NCBI GenBank assembly: GCA_045863335.1
Contig: BTVY01000020.1
Coordinates: 27,712-91,711, forward strand
DNA length: 64,000 bases
DNA from: Candidatus Hydrogenedentota bacterium
Lineage (GTDB): Bacteria; Hydrogenedentota; Hydrogenedentia; Hydrogenedentales; SLHB01
Direction: 5' to 3'
The translations under genes were made by a program, and so were the position numbers. Below are positions 1 to 10,387 of this stretch, in pieces (position 1 is the first letter of the stretch; each line of letters starts with the position of its first letter). The notes under the pieces are model-generated. The model made no database searches. It saw only the letters and a list, made by a program, of their open reading frames with translations, and was not told the DNA's origin.

Positions 1-528
1 GTTCCCATGCTGCTCGGGGGCGACGAATTCGGGCGCACGCAACGGGGCAACAACAACGCCTACTGCCAGGACAACCCCATCTCCTGGTTCGATTGGGCGC
101 TACTCGAAAAGAACCGCGAACTGTTCGAGTTCTGCAAACGGCTAATTCGTTTCCGTCACGAGAACCCAGTGTTCGCGCGACGGACCTATTTCACCGGCCG
201 CCCCAGTAAACCGGGCGCGGACGCCGACCTGCTCTGGTTCGACGCGGAAGGTACGCCCCAGATGTGGACGCCCGAGGACCCGTCCCTCGCGTGCATGATT
301 AACGGAACGGAAAACGGCGGCGTATGCCTGTACCTCATGTTCAACCCCTCTTCCAAGGTCATCCCGTTTACCGTGCCCGAGCGGCACTGGCGGGTGCGGA
401 TCGATACCGCTACGACAGGTCCCGGCGACATTGTGGAGGCGGAAGAAGCGCGACGCCTTCAGGCAGGACGGAAGATGGTCGTGGAGAAAAAGTCGTTACG
501 CGTGTTGTCGTGCCACCCCGACGGATGA
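1..528 (+). CDS. glgX: Glycogen debranching enzyme (GH13), C-terminal part; 5' end lies outside the window
   Basis: [32 protein letters not shown] is the hallmark GlgX/isoamylase C-terminal motif; frame is open from position 1. Confidence 0.9.
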   Translation, partial: VPMLLGGDEFGRTQRGNNNAYCQDNPISWFDWALLEKNRELFEFCKRLIRFRHENPVFARRTYFTGRPSKPGADADLLWFDAEGTPQMWTPEDPSLACMINGTENGGVCLYLMFNPSSKVIPFTVPERHWRVRIDTATTGPGDIVEAEEARRLQAGRKMVVEKKSLRVLSCHPDG

Positions 529-537
529 CGCGCTGGA

Positions 538-1407
538 TTACCGGATCAGCGAGAAGAGGGCATCCGTCCCTTCGGTCCCGGAGAATTGATCGACTCCAGA
601 AAGCACGATACCGGCAATAACGCTGGCCAGCCCGTAACACAACCAAACCGCGTAAATCGCCAATCCTGCGTGCACCGTCTTCCGCAGCGTCCCGGACCAT
701 ACCTTCGGCACGGGCAGTGCTGACAACGCGGCCAGCGGCAACCCCACCGCGAGCACCCAGAAAAACCATGAGCCGGCGTCCTGCATGAGCCAACTCCAGC
801 GCCGCTCCAGCATCAGCGGTTGGGCCGCAATCGCCTCGTACCCGCGGGCAATGAAGACCAGTAGAAGCCAAGCGCCATAGTGCAGCGCAAGCGCCACCCC
901 AAAGGTTGCCCCCAACGTCTTCGCGATCTTCAAGGGCTCAAGGGGCTCGATGCCACGGCGTTCGCCAAAGAAGTAGTCCCAGAAGAAGACTCCCAGGTAG
1001 GCCAGTAAAAGCACCGGCAGCAGCGGCAGCACCAGTCCCATAAGCACGACGATCACCCGCACGATACTCGCATCAATATCCAGCTTCCGCGCGATTCCCG
1101 AACAAACCCCGAGCCAGACCCGGTCCGGCCAGGAAACGAAGGTAGTTGTCGGGAATTTGTCCGCAGGAACCAGACGGGAAGCCTGACGCGCCGGACTGCC
1201 GAGATTTCCCAGCAGATTCTCCAGGTCGATATCCGCAATGCCGTTCGGAAACTTCTTGAGTTCCGTCTCAATCCGGGTATTCAGCTTGGCCAGCGCGGCT
1301 TCACGGTCGCGGGAAGGGACATCGTTGAGCTGATCCCCGACTTCCTTGAGATACTGCGTGATTCGGCGCTCCTGGCGCTCGGTCAGTTTTGGTGCGTCGC
1401 TTGGCAT
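538..1407 (-). CDS. PspC-domain membrane protein
   Basis: DRVWLGVCSGIARKLDIDASIVRVIVV matches the PspC motif; N-terminal helical YLxEV...LGSP segment; several TM helices. Confidence 0.8.
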   Translation of the reverse strand: MPSDAPKLTERQERRITQYLKEVGDQLNDVPSRDREAALAKLNTRIETELKKFPNGIADIDLENLLGNLGSPARQASRLVPADKFPTTTFVSWPDRVWLGVCSGIARKLDIDASIVRVIVVLMGLVLPLLPVLLLAYLGVFFWDYFFGERRGIEPLEPLKIAKTLGATFGVALALHYGAWLLLVFIARGYEAIAAQPLMLERRWSWLMQDAGSWFFWVLAVGLPLAALSALPVPKVWSGTLRKTVHAGLAIYAVWLCYGLASVIAGIVLSGVDQFSGTEGTDALFSLIR

Positions 1408-1413
1408 GGGCGA

Positions 1414-1444
1414 AGTATAGACCGAAGGTTGGCTGGAAGGTCAA
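1414..1444 (-). promoter_or_regulatory. Putative sigma70 promoter, probably leaderless
   Basis: TTGACC (1444-1439), 19 nt spacer, TATACT (1419-1414), 6 nt before ATG 1407; no SD. Confidence 0.45.
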
Positions 1445-1483
1445 GGACGGCGTGCCATTCGCGCACCCCAATGCCCGAGACAT

Positions 1484-3493
1484 TCATTCGGTACCGTCTT
1501 CACTCGTGTAGAACCGAAACGCGGCGACCGGCTGTCCCGCAACGCCGAAATCGCCCGCAACCCGCACCCACGACGGCTCGGCATCGTCTGACCACGGATC
1601 GAGGGTCAAGGTAGTCGCGCAAACCGCTCGCTCCAGTGGCGGCACCGATACGGTCCATTCGCGCGTTCCAAGCACCCAGCCCTGCGGCGGATCTTTGAAC
1701 GCGACCTTCCCTACGACTGGCGCGTCGGAAAAGTTGTAGACCAAGAGGCGCAGGTCCGCGGGAACGCCCGGTTCCAGCGCGCGCTCGTACTGTGGCGTCC
1801 AGCCTTGGGTCTTGTCGACCACAACCCGCTCCGCCATTTCAAGCTGCAACACCACGGGCGATGGCTTACCAACTTGCCGTTCTACGCTTCGAGGTGCTTC
1901 CAGGTTTAGTTTGCCGGTTTCATTCTTCGGGAGCACGAGGAAGATGGCGTTTGACTCAAGCGTTGCAGGCACTCCAGATGGAATTGGGCGGCCAAGATAA
2001 TCGTACACCGCCGTTGCCTTAACGTCGGACGGCAATGACCAGTCCAGGGTCGCCGTGCCGCGCCGATCCCAATCGCCCGGATGTTCGAACCACGCGATCA
2101 GTACATCATGATGCTCGCCATCGGGAACGCCTCGAAACGCGTAAATGTGGGCATCGGGCTGGTTCTCGAAGTGCCAGCGTCCCAGACACGTGGCCCCCGC
2201 GAGAAAGCGCCCCAACGCCGCCGTCGCAACGTAACTGGGACGCGGCGTGAGATCCTTGCGCAACAATCCGAACTGAACCGCGCCGTTCTGCTCCATGTAA
2301 TGTCCGAGAATGAAATGAAAGTGCCGCTCTGCCCCGTTGAACAGGCTTGTCGCATACGAGTGCGCCATGAACGCCGCCTTCTTGAGGGCATCCTCTCGGG
2401 TAAAGTCGCCCCACTCCGACTCCGGATCGGGACGCATCCCCCGGTCGCACTCCGTCACCCAGATCGGCCTGCCGGCGGATGCCCGGCGCGCGGGCTCCCA
2501 CAGCCGATCGTACGAATCCGGCCAGTCGTAGGAGTGAATGCCGTAGGTTTCGTAGTATGGCCACGTCTCGTTTGCCAGAATTCCGTCGGCCATGCTCGCC
2601 GCGTTCACGCCCGCGATGGGTTGCCAGCAGACCGTCACGTCCGGGTTCCCTGCCTTGAACCCCAGGTAGGCGGCCTTCTGGTTCGCGCACATCTCGTCGA
2701 TCGTCTGGCCGCCGAAGTTGCCGGAATTCGCCTCGTTCCAAGGCTCCCACGCGTCCACGGAACTGCCGAAGCGATGCGCCACGTTTTCCGAAAATCGATA
2801 GACATCGCGCAGGTCCGGCGCGAAACGGCCATGGTCGCGCTTCGAATCGGTAGCCCATTGGGGCGTGTCGTGCCACACCTGCAAAACCTGCAATCCGTAG
2901 TCTTTTTGAATCTGCGCGGCCTTGTCATACTGCGTAGGCGGTGCGAAACTTCCCCGCTCCGGCTCGATCTCGCGCCACCGCAGCCGGTCGCGAATCCAGT
3001 TGGCACCCGCCAGACTCGCCAGCGAGGCGTACGCATCCTGCGTCACGGGATCGCCGGTTGCAAACCAGGAAACGGCTCCATCAAGACAAACCGGAGAATC
3101 GTCGGGAATTGGAGTGCTCCACGGAGCGAGAACCGCCGCCGTCGTGCGAGCGACCTCTTGATGGCCCGCGTCCAGGAACTCTACTTCATACCAACCGATT
3201 CCTATCGACCCGAGCGCCACGGAGTCTTTGATCATTCCCTCGGCGACGACACCGCCGCGATCGTCGAGCGCGCGCCAATGCGTTGCCGCCGAATCCAGGT
3301 TTTCGGGAAGGGCGACAACGACCACCTCTCCCTCCACGAATGTGTTGCCCGGATGGTTCGGCATCGGCGCCGGCGGCGTGCGATCTTGCGCGTTCGCACT
3401 GAATGCGACTAGCACAGCCGCCAATATCTCAGGCCAAACAGACGAACGTCTACGCGCGGCGCCTCGTCGCAGGTCGCTTTTCCCCAGACGCAT
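1484..3493 (-). CDS. Secreted clan GH-A glycoside hydrolase (GH39-like)
   Basis: Signal peptide; WEPWNEAN acid/base and PIWVTE nucleophile motifs; FGLLRKDLTPRPSY; GGGGAG RBS. Confidence 0.7.
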   Translation of the reverse strand: MRLGKSDLRRGAARRRSSVWPEILAAVLVAFSANAQDRTPPAPMPNHPGNTFVEGEVVVVALPENLDSAATHWRALDDRGGVVAEGMIKDSVALGSIGIGWYEVEFLDAGHQEVARTTAAVLAPWSTPIPDDSPVCLDGAVSWFATGDPVTQDAYASLASLAGANWIRDRLRWREIEPERGSFAPPTQYDKAAQIQKDYGLQVLQVWHDTPQWATDSKRDHGRFAPDLRDVYRFSENVAHRFGSSVDAWEPWNEANSGNFGGQTIDEMCANQKAAYLGFKAGNPDVTVCWQPIAGVNAASMADGILANETWPYYETYGIHSYDWPDSYDRLWEPARRASAGRPIWVTECDRGMRPDPESEWGDFTREDALKKAAFMAHSYATSLFNGAERHFHFILGHYMEQNGAVQFGLLRKDLTPRPSYVATAALGRFLAGATCLGRWHFENQPDAHIYAFRGVPDGEHHDVLIAWFEHPGDWDRRGTATLDWSLPSDVKATAVYDYLGRPIPSGVPATLESNAIFLVLPKNETGKLNLEAPRSVERQVGKPSPVVLQLEMAERVVVDKTQGWTPQYERALEPGVPADLRLLVYNFSDAPVVGKVAFKDPPQGWVLGTREWTVSVPPLERAVCATTLTLDPWSDDAEPSWVRVAGDFGVAGQPVAAFRFYTSEDGTE

Positions 3494-3496
3494 GGT

Positions 3497-6430
3497 TTAC
3501 TCCCCCGTTTGCTCTCCTTTCAGATACCCGATCAGGTCGCGAAGTTGCTGCTTCGTCATGGCCTTCTCGAGTTCCTCCGGCATGAGCGAAAGACTCGCGG
3601 TATACATAGTTTCGATCGCGTCGCGCTGGATGGTGTCCTCCACCCCCAGGGGACCGCGGATCGTGATCGTCGATTCGGTCTGCGAAGTGATGATACCGGA
3701 ATAGGTCTGAAAATCCAGGGTTTCGACGACGTAGTTCTCGTAGCCCTCCACAAGAAGACTGTTCGGCATGATGATGTGCAGCAAAATCGATTCGATGGGC
3801 TGGCTGCGAATGTCGGTGAGATCCGGACCAACCGCGAAACCCTCTCCCTTGAAGGTGTGGCACGACGAGCACAGTTCTTTGAAGACACCGTGGCCTTCGG
3901 CGGGATGAGGAGCCAACGCCAGGGCGGACTTGAACTCCTCATACACCATCGCTCGGTCAGTCGTCTTCACAGCGGCGAACGCGGCATCCGCCCGCTGCTT
4001 GATGGTTTCGTCTTTGCTGCGCTGCAACCGGCTGCGCGTGGCCGGGTCGATTGCCCACGCCTCGATCGCGCCGGCATCGATGGCATCCATCAGCGTGAGG
4101 ATACGCTCCTTGTTAGTTAGCATCGCGCCGAGTACCGCCGTGCGCGAAGGTTTGGTCAGCGGACGCCACGTATTCGCGTCGACGAGCAATGGACCGACGC
4201 GTTCGTCCTGGATCGTGCCCAAGGCTTGTACCGCAGCCACTTGCAACTCCTGCGCCTCGTGAGGCGTCAAAAGCGCGGCGAGCGGAATTGCCGCCGTATC
4301 GTAGTTGGTGTATCCGAGCATCCGCACCGCCGCAAGCCGGTCGGGCAGCGGCGCATCGCCATCCCCCGCCACTTCGGCCGCCGCCTGGACCATGGATCTG
4401 ATGTGCTGAATACCGGCCTCGTCTAATCTCTCCGACCCCTTCAATCGCGCCAGCGCGGAGCCGCCGGGTTCAAACTGTTTCCCCTGATGAATGCCTTCCA
4501 AAACGCCGGTCACTCCCGCGACCTGCCAAGAGGGCGCGGGAACTGCGGCGGACTCGCTCAACAGATCGGTGACGAATGCGCCCGTCGCCGTGGCGTCTTG
4601 GCCCAGCGCGAAGGTACGGCCAAGGGTGCTCAACATGTCAGGGAGAGACTCGGCATCCCGTGGCATAACGGCGAGAAAGGCCTCCGCAAAGGCGGGCATG
4701 CCTCCGCCAGCACTGCTGAGCGCAGCGGCACGCATCCACTCGTCGTCGATGCCTTTGGCCGCGATGGTAGCCAGCGCCTGTGGAACACGTGTGTCCTCCG
4801 CATCGCCAAGCGCCAATGCCGCCGCAAAACGCACGTTGGCCTCGGGATCATCAGCCAGTGCAATCAGTTGGTCCACGATCGCCTCCGACCCCAACACCCG
4901 CCACCACGCGAGATGAACCGCCGTCTCCCGCAGGTCGGGAGACGGGTCTATCATACCCGCGATCATCTCTTCGTCGTCCAGTTCCTGAAAGGCTTGCAGG
5001 AGATGCATGGCGTGCGCCTTCGCTTGGGGTAAGGCCGCATTCGCGAGTACGCGATGAAGCGGCCCGGCGATGGCAGGATCTTCACGCTCAATCAAGAGCC
5101 GATGCGCCGTGTCGCGGGTCCACCCGTTCGGCTGCTGCAACGCTTTGCAGAGCGCCTCGACGCTGGTATCACCGAACCGCGCCTTGGCTAGCGCCTCCCC
5201 CGCGGAAGGCGCATCCGCCGAAGCGATGCGATAGATGCGGCCATGTTGTTTCCCGCTGTCGAAGTCTGTCACCGCGGCGACCTCCGGCGGCAGATAGGTG
5301 GGGTGCTCGATGGTCTTGCGATACATGTCGCAAAGGTAGAGCGCGCCGTCGGGACCGTTGCACAAGAACACCGGACGTGACCAGTTATCTGTCGTCGCGA
5401 GGAACTCGACCCCATCGCGCACGCGCTCGGCCACGAAGGTGCCGCCTTCGCGCACCAGCCGATCCGTATGCACGAGGTTCGCCGTCGGTTCGCACACGAA
5501 ACTGTTGCCACGGTATTCCACCGGCAACGCCGTCCCGCGGAAGATCGTCAAACCGCAGGCCGCTGTGAACGTACCCGCGTGCGCGTACGCCGTAGTAGGC
5601 GCTTCACTCAACGCATAGATCTTCGCCGCAGCGCCGTGGTCCGGGATGTCGCAATACGTCTGGGTAGATCCAAGATTCGGGTTGCGCGACAACCACTGCG
5701 GTTGCATCACCACATGCGCGACGTGCCGCCGGTTGCTGCAAAAGAACTTGCGTCCATAGTCGTCGAAAGCCTGCCCAAACTGGGCCTGTCCGGCCGTCGT
5801 TTCGAAGGATCCTGTCAACGGAAAAAACCGGAAATCATAGCTGCCCATCGTGATCGGCCCGATCTCGGGATAGTCCGGCGACGTGACCTCTCCCCCACTC
5901 AACCCATTCGTGAGGTAGATCCAGTTGTCGATGTTCAACGTGGGATGGCTGACGCGGAGCTGCGTCGACCCGCCGAGCGAGAAGCCGGAAAGCATCGACT
6001 CCTTTACGTCCGCTTTCTTGTCCCCATCCGTATCCTTGAAAAAGAGCACGTCCGGCGCGCAGGTCACGATGATCCCGCCTTTCCAGGGCATGACCCCGTT
6101 GGGGAACGTGAGCTTGTCCGCGAACACCGACCGCGTTTCGAAGTAGCCGTCTTCGTCCGTGTCCTCCAACAGCGCCACACTGCCGACAGAATCGCTTTCG
6201 TCCTGCGTCGGGTAGCCACGATTCTCGACCACGTACAACCGCCCTGCTTCGTCAAAGCACAGGGCAACGGGATCGAACACCTCCGGCTCGGCCGCAATCA
6301 ACTCGATCCGGACATCGGGTGCCAGTTGAAATAACTCAACAGCTTCCTTTGCAGGGATCGGGTCAAGCTGTTCGGCCCAGGCCAAGGGAAAGCATAAACT
6401 CATCACAAGCAAACAAAGAACGGACCGCAT
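3497..6430 (-). CDS. PVC-type membrane-bound dehydrogenase-like protein with HEAT repeats and c-type heme domain
   Basis: Signal peptide; IAAEPEVFDPVALCFDEAGRLYV and GPDGALYLCDMYR propeller motifs; HEAT-like repeats; CSSCH plus VGPDLT...SLMPE. Confidence 0.88.
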   Translation of the reverse strand: MRSVLCLLVMSLCFPLAWAEQLDPIPAKEAVELFQLAPDVRIELIAAEPEVFDPVALCFDEAGRLYVVENRGYPTQDESDSVGSVALLEDTDEDGYFETRSVFADKLTFPNGVMPWKGGIIVTCAPDVLFFKDTDGDKKADVKESMLSGFSLGGSTQLRVSHPTLNIDNWIYLTNGLSGGEVTSPDYPEIGPITMGSYDFRFFPLTGSFETTAGQAQFGQAFDDYGRKFFCSNRRHVAHVVMQPQWLSRNPNLGSTQTYCDIPDHGAAAKIYALSEAPTTAYAHAGTFTAACGLTIFRGTALPVEYRGNSFVCEPTANLVHTDRLVREGGTFVAERVRDGVEFLATTDNWSRPVFLCNGPDGALYLCDMYRKTIEHPTYLPPEVAAVTDFDSGKQHGRIYRIASADAPSAGEALAKARFGDTSVEALCKALQQPNGWTRDTAHRLLIEREDPAIAGPLHRVLANAALPQAKAHAMHLLQAFQELDDEEMIAGMIDPSPDLRETAVHLAWWRVLGSEAIVDQLIALADDPEANVRFAAALALGDAEDTRVPQALATIAAKGIDDEWMRAAALSSAGGGMPAFAEAFLAVMPRDAESLPDMLSTLGRTFALGQDATATGAFVTDLLSESAAVPAPSWQVAGVTGVLEGIHQGKQFEPGGSALARLKGSERLDEAGIQHIRSMVQAAAEVAGDGDAPLPDRLAAVRMLGYTNYDTAAIPLAALLTPHEAQELQVAAVQALGTIQDERVGPLLVDANTWRPLTKPSRTAVLGAMLTNKERILTLMDAIDAGAIEAWAIDPATRSRLQRSKDETIKQRADAAFAAVKTTDRAMVYEEFKSALALAPHPAEGHGVFKELCSSCHTFKGEGFAVGPDLTDIRSQPIESILLHIIMPNSLLVEGYENYVVETLDFQTYSGIITSQTESTITIRGPLGVEDTIQRDAIETMYTASLSLMPEELEKAMTKQQLRDLIGYLKGEQTGE

Positions 6431-6616
6431 ACATCTCTCCTTGGGGATTCACCAGACAGTCCGCGTAGCATACCGAATCGCAGGTCCCTGTGAGAAACGC
6501 CGGATTTGCCGGATTTGATCGGGATTCGCTGCTTCGGTACCGTTTAAACGCGGATCGGGGCAGGACCGCCTGTCCCGCTTGGGCCGCAATGAAACCACAC
6601 GAGGTGCAGTACAATC

Positions 6617-7993
6617 ATGATATCGATTTGGCGGATACTCGGAATTTGCGCAGGAGTAGGACTCATGACCGCGTTACCGGTTTGTGCGGACGGTATGAAG
6701 ATTGGCGCGGGCCGGTGCATCATCACGCCGGAAAAGCCTATGTGGATGTCCGGCTATGCCAGCCGGACCGAGCCGTCGGACGGCAAGCTGCATGACCTCT
6801 GGACGAAAGCCCTCGTGATCGAAGATGAAGGCGGCGCCCGCGGCGTCATTGTGACGACCGATCTCGTCGGTTTGCCCGCTAGCATCTCCGGTCCGACCGC
6901 CGAAAAGATCGCGCAGGAGTTCGACATCCCTCGGGAACGCGTCATGCTTACGGCATCCCACACACACAGCGGTCCCGTGCTACGGGACAACTTGTTCGAC
7001 ATGTACGGGCTGACCGAAGAACAGTGGGCGCTCGTCGAAGAGTACACCGAGCTGTTACCGGAACTAATCCTCACCGCAGTGCGGCAAGGCGTGGAAAACC
7101 TGGAACCCGGCACCTTGCACTGGGGCATTGGCGAAGCAGGCTTCGCGAAGAATCGCCGCAAGTACACCATTGACGGCGTCACCAACGATTTCAACCCCAT
7201 CGGCCCCGTTGACCACGACGTACCCGTGCTCTCGGCGCGCGCGGCCGATGGTTCGTTGAAAGCGGTCCTGTTCGGGTACGCCTGCCATTGCACCGTGCTT
7301 GGAATTCAACAGTGGAACGGCGACTACGCCGGTTTCGCGCAAGTCTACCTTGAGGAACAACTCCCCGGGACCACGGCGTTGTTCGTCGCGGGTTGCGGCG
7401 GCGACCAGAATCCGCTGCCGCGCCGCGAGATCGAACTCGCGGAAAAATACGGCAAGGAGTTGGGCCAATCGGTGGAGGCAGTGTTGAACGGCACGATGGC
7501 CGACGTGCACGGCCCCCTTTGCGCGGCGTACAAGGAAATCCCGCTGGCGCTGAGCGAACCGCCGACCCGCGAAGAAGTCGAGAAGCAGTTGGAAGACCCG
7601 AACGTCTATATCCAGCGCCGGGCCAAGGGACTCCTGCGCAAGTTCGACGCAAAGGGCGCCCTGGACACGACGTACCCCTACCCGGTGCAGGTCTGGAAAC
7701 TGGGCGACACGCTTCAGTTCACCGTGCTTGGCGGCGAGGCGACTGTCGACTACTCCCTGCGGCTCAAGTATGAACTTGGCCGCGAAAAGCATTTCGTCAT
7801 TGCCTATGCCAACGACGTGTGCTCGTACATCCCCTCGTTACGCGTGTTGCGCGAAGGCGGGTACGAGGGCGAATCTTCTATGATCTATTACGGATTCTAC
7901 GGCCCGTGGGCGCCTCCCATCGAGGAGCATATCGTGGCCGCGGTGCATGAGTTGACAGAACAAACGGGTGCGGCCGTCGCCAACGGTGGCTAA
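6617..7993 (+). CDS. Neutral/alkaline ceramidase-like N-terminal-domain protein
   Basis: MSGYASR, ASHTHSGP, YACHCT, GCGGDQNP and EGGYEG motifs; signal peptide. Confidence 0.8.
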   Translation: MISIWRILGICAGVGLMTALPVCADGMKIGAGRCIITPEKPMWMSGYASRTEPSDGKLHDLWTKALVIEDEGGARGVIVTTDLVGLPASISGPTAEKIAQEFDIPRERVMLTASHTHSGPVLRDNLFDMYGLTEEQWALVEEYTELLPELILTAVRQGVENLEPGTLHWGIGEAGFAKNRRKYTIDGVTNDFNPIGPVDHDVPVLSARAADGSLKAVLFGYACHCTVLGIQQWNGDYAGFAQVYLEEQLPGTTALFVAGCGGDQNPLPRREIELAEKYGKELGQSVEAVLNGTMADVHGPLCAAYKEIPLALSEPPTREEVEKQLEDPNVYIQRRAKGLLRKFDAKGALDTTYPYPVQVWKLGDTLQFTVLGGEATVDYSLRLKYELGREKHFVIAYANDVCSYIPSLRVLREGGYEGESSMIYYGFYGPWAPPIEEHIVAAVHELTEQTGAAVANGG

Positions 7994-8019
7994 CGCCGCA
8001 AACGAGGGGAACTCGAACG

Positions 8020-9480
8020 ATGTGTGGTGCGCTTCGTAGTATGATGCTTGCAGTGGCAGCCGTTCTGGCCTTGGGCGCAGGGCCGGCCATGGCGCAGGAG
8101 GAAAAAGCGGTGGAATTCAAAGCGGGGGCGGCGGTCAGCAACATATCGCCGTGGATGGGATTGTCATTGGCCGGCCACATGCAGGACCGCGTCGTCGATA
8201 ACGTGCACGACCAACTGCACGTGCGAAGTCTCGTGCTCGATGACGGAACAACGCGATTGGCCTTTGCCGTCGTGGACAGTTGCATGGTGCCGAAAGAAAT
8301 CATCGACGCGGCAAAGAAAACGATCGAAGAGTCGACGGGCCTGCCCGCGAGCCACATACTCGTATCGGCGACCCACACGCACACGGCGCCCTGTTCCACG
8401 CCGGTATTCCAAACGGACCCGAGCGAGGACTACCAGCGCTTCCTGACCGCGCGCATCGTGGATGCGGTGCAATGCGCCATCAACAATCTTGCCCCGGCGC
8501 GGATCGGGTTCGGGCAGGGCAGTCTGCCCGACGAAGTCTTCAACCGACGCTGGCGCATGAAACCTGGCACCATCGGCCCCGACCCCTTTGGGAACGACGA
8601 TGAACTTGTGAAGATGAATCCGCCCCGCGCCAGCGAGGATCTCATCGAACCGGCCGGACCCATCGATCCGTCCATTCCGTTCCTCGCCGTGGAAACCGCG
8701 GACGGCGAACCCCTCGCGTTGCTCGCGAACTACTCCCTCCACTATATCGGCGGGACCGGCGGCGGCGATGCCTCCGCCGACTATTTCGGCATGTTTGCGG
8801 ACCGCATCCAGGAGCTGCTGAAAGCCGACCGGCGCGATCCCGCCTTCGTGGGCATTATGACCAACGGCACCAGCGGCGACATCAACAACATCAACTTCCG
8901 CGTGCCCGCCGAAGCGCAGCAACCGTTCGAGCAAATGCGGAAAGTGGCGAACAAAGTCGCCGCGGAAGTGTTCCAGGCGTACCAAGACGTGCAGTTCCAG
9001 GACTGGGTGCAATTGTCCGCCGCCCAGGAGCAGATCGAACTGGGCGTGCGCAAACCGGACGAAGCCGAACTGGTCCGGGCCAAGGAAATCATCGCTCAGG
9101 CCGAAGGGCCCGAAATGAAGACCATGCCGGAGATTTATGCCCGCGAGTCGGTGCTCATCGCCGAGTACCCTGACACCGTGCCGGTCCTCCTCCAGGCCTT
9201 CCGCATTGGTGACGTGTTGATTTCCGCAGTCCCCTGCGAAGTGTTCGTCGAGATCGGTCTCCACCTGAAAGAGCAAAGCCCTCTCGACAAGAGCTTCACC
9301 ATCGAACTCGCCAACGGCTATAACGGCTACCTCCCCACGACGGAGCAGCACTCCTGGGGTGGCTACGAAACCTGGCGCGCCCGTTCCAGCTACCTCGAAG
9401 TCGAGGCCGACCAGAAGATCGCCGAAACCGTTTTGAACCTGTACGGGCAGGTCACCGCCGGTATGGAGCAGGGCGGATAA
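8020..9480 (+). CDS. Second ceramidase-like family protein
   Basis: SATHTHTAP, NYSLHY, NGTSGDIN, ELANGYNGYLPT...GGYET motifs; signal peptide. Confidence 0.8.
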   Translation: MCGALRSMMLAVAAVLALGAGPAMAQEEKAVEFKAGAAVSNISPWMGLSLAGHMQDRVVDNVHDQLHVRSLVLDDGTTRLAFAVVDSCMVPKEIIDAAKKTIEESTGLPASHILVSATHTHTAPCSTPVFQTDPSEDYQRFLTARIVDAVQCAINNLAPARIGFGQGSLPDEVFNRRWRMKPGTIGPDPFGNDDELVKMNPPRASEDLIEPAGPIDPSIPFLAVETADGEPLALLANYSLHYIGGTGGGDASADYFGMFADRIQELLKADRRDPAFVGIMTNGTSGDINNINFRVPAEAQQPFEQMRKVANKVAAEVFQAYQDVQFQDWVQLSAAQEQIELGVRKPDEAELVRAKEIIAQAEGPEMKTMPEIYARESVLIAEYPDTVPVLLQAFRIGDVLISAVPCEVFVEIGLHLKEQSPLDKSFTIELANGYNGYLPTTEQHSWGGYETWRARSSYLEVEADQKIAETVLNLYGQVTAGMEQGG

Positions 9481-9525
9481 TACGACAAAGCTGGAGTCTG
9501 GACAGTCTGACGCAACCATGCGGCC

Positions 9526-9568
9526 AAAAATGAACGCGCCGGTAACGGACTTCTCCGTTACCGGCGCG
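9526..9568 (-). terminator. Intrinsic terminator between convergent genes
   Basis: Perfect 15-bp stem CGCGCCGGTAACGGA-cttc-TCCGTTACCGGCGCG; A-run at 9526-9530 gives a minus-strand U tract. Confidence 0.7.
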
Positions 9569-9593
9569 CCAACGTTCTACGGACGACGATCGC

Positions 9594-10358
9594 CTAATCC
9601 AGCTTCTTCACATACACATTCCGGAACTGCACGAGGCTTGAAGCCGAATTCCACTCGTCTTTGCTCGCGTTGTATCCGCCGTGATGCTGGAGCGCGAGGG
9701 CGCCCTTCTCGGGCACGCCCGGCAATTGCGCGTTGTCGAGGACCTTTTCGCCGTTCAACTCGACCGTGAGTTTGTCACCGTCCATCGTGATGAGGAACGT
9801 GTTCCACTCGCCGACGGGTTTGTCCATGTTCTTCGACGGCGTCACTCCCGCGCGCACCGACGCCGGCATCTCCTTGTCCATGCGATAGCCATACACTTCA
9901 CCGGAACCAACCGGCCAGCACCAGATGTTCACCTGCGCCTTGGAGGTTCCCCGCAGGTAGATACCGGAATCGGCGTTCGGGAGGTTCTCGATGATTTCCT
10001 TCCCGTTCTCATCGGTCTTGTGGGAACCATCCGGCAGCACCACCGGCACTGGATATTCGCCCTTGGTTTCCTTGATACGCCACTCGACGTAGATCTGAAC
10101 ATCGCCGAACTCCTCTTCAGACCAGAGACTGTTGTCCCCCTCCTTCGGCGCATCGGCGCGGGGCATGCAGTCGATCACGCCATCCTGAACCGTCCAGATC
10201 CCTTCGTTGCCCGAAGGAACCGTCCATCCACTCAAATCCTCCCCATTGAACAGGGGCTCCCACCCCTCGCCCTCCGGTGGCGCGGCATATGCGGCTGCAG
10301 CGGTCATCATCGTGATACCGCAAATGGCCAAAAACCTCTTTGCTGTAGTCGTACGCAT
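9594..10358 (-). CDS. DUF1080 (3-keto-glycoside lyase/hydrolase family) protein
   Basis: GWEPLFNGEDLSGW, NADSGIYLRG, GEWNTFLI, ALQHHG, VQFRNVYVKKL; signal peptide. Confidence 0.9.
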   Translation of the reverse strand: MRTTTAKRFLAICGITMMTAAAAYAAPPEGEGWEPLFNGEDLSGWTVPSGNEGIWTVQDGVIDCMPRADAPKEGDNSLWSEEEFGDVQIYVEWRIKETKGEYPVPVVLPDGSHKTDENGKEIIENLPNADSGIYLRGTSKAQVNIWCWPVGSGEVYGYRMDKEMPASVRAGVTPSKNMDKPVGEWNTFLITMDGDKLTVELNGEKVLDNAQLPGVPEKGALALQHHGGYNASKDEWNSASSLVQFRNVYVKKLD

Positions 10359-10387
10359 TTAACATTTCTCCTCGTCAGCGTGACGCG

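Noticed and set aside
6617-9480. Literal ceramidase activity
   Set aside because: Only family-level motifs are visible; substrate cannot be inferred
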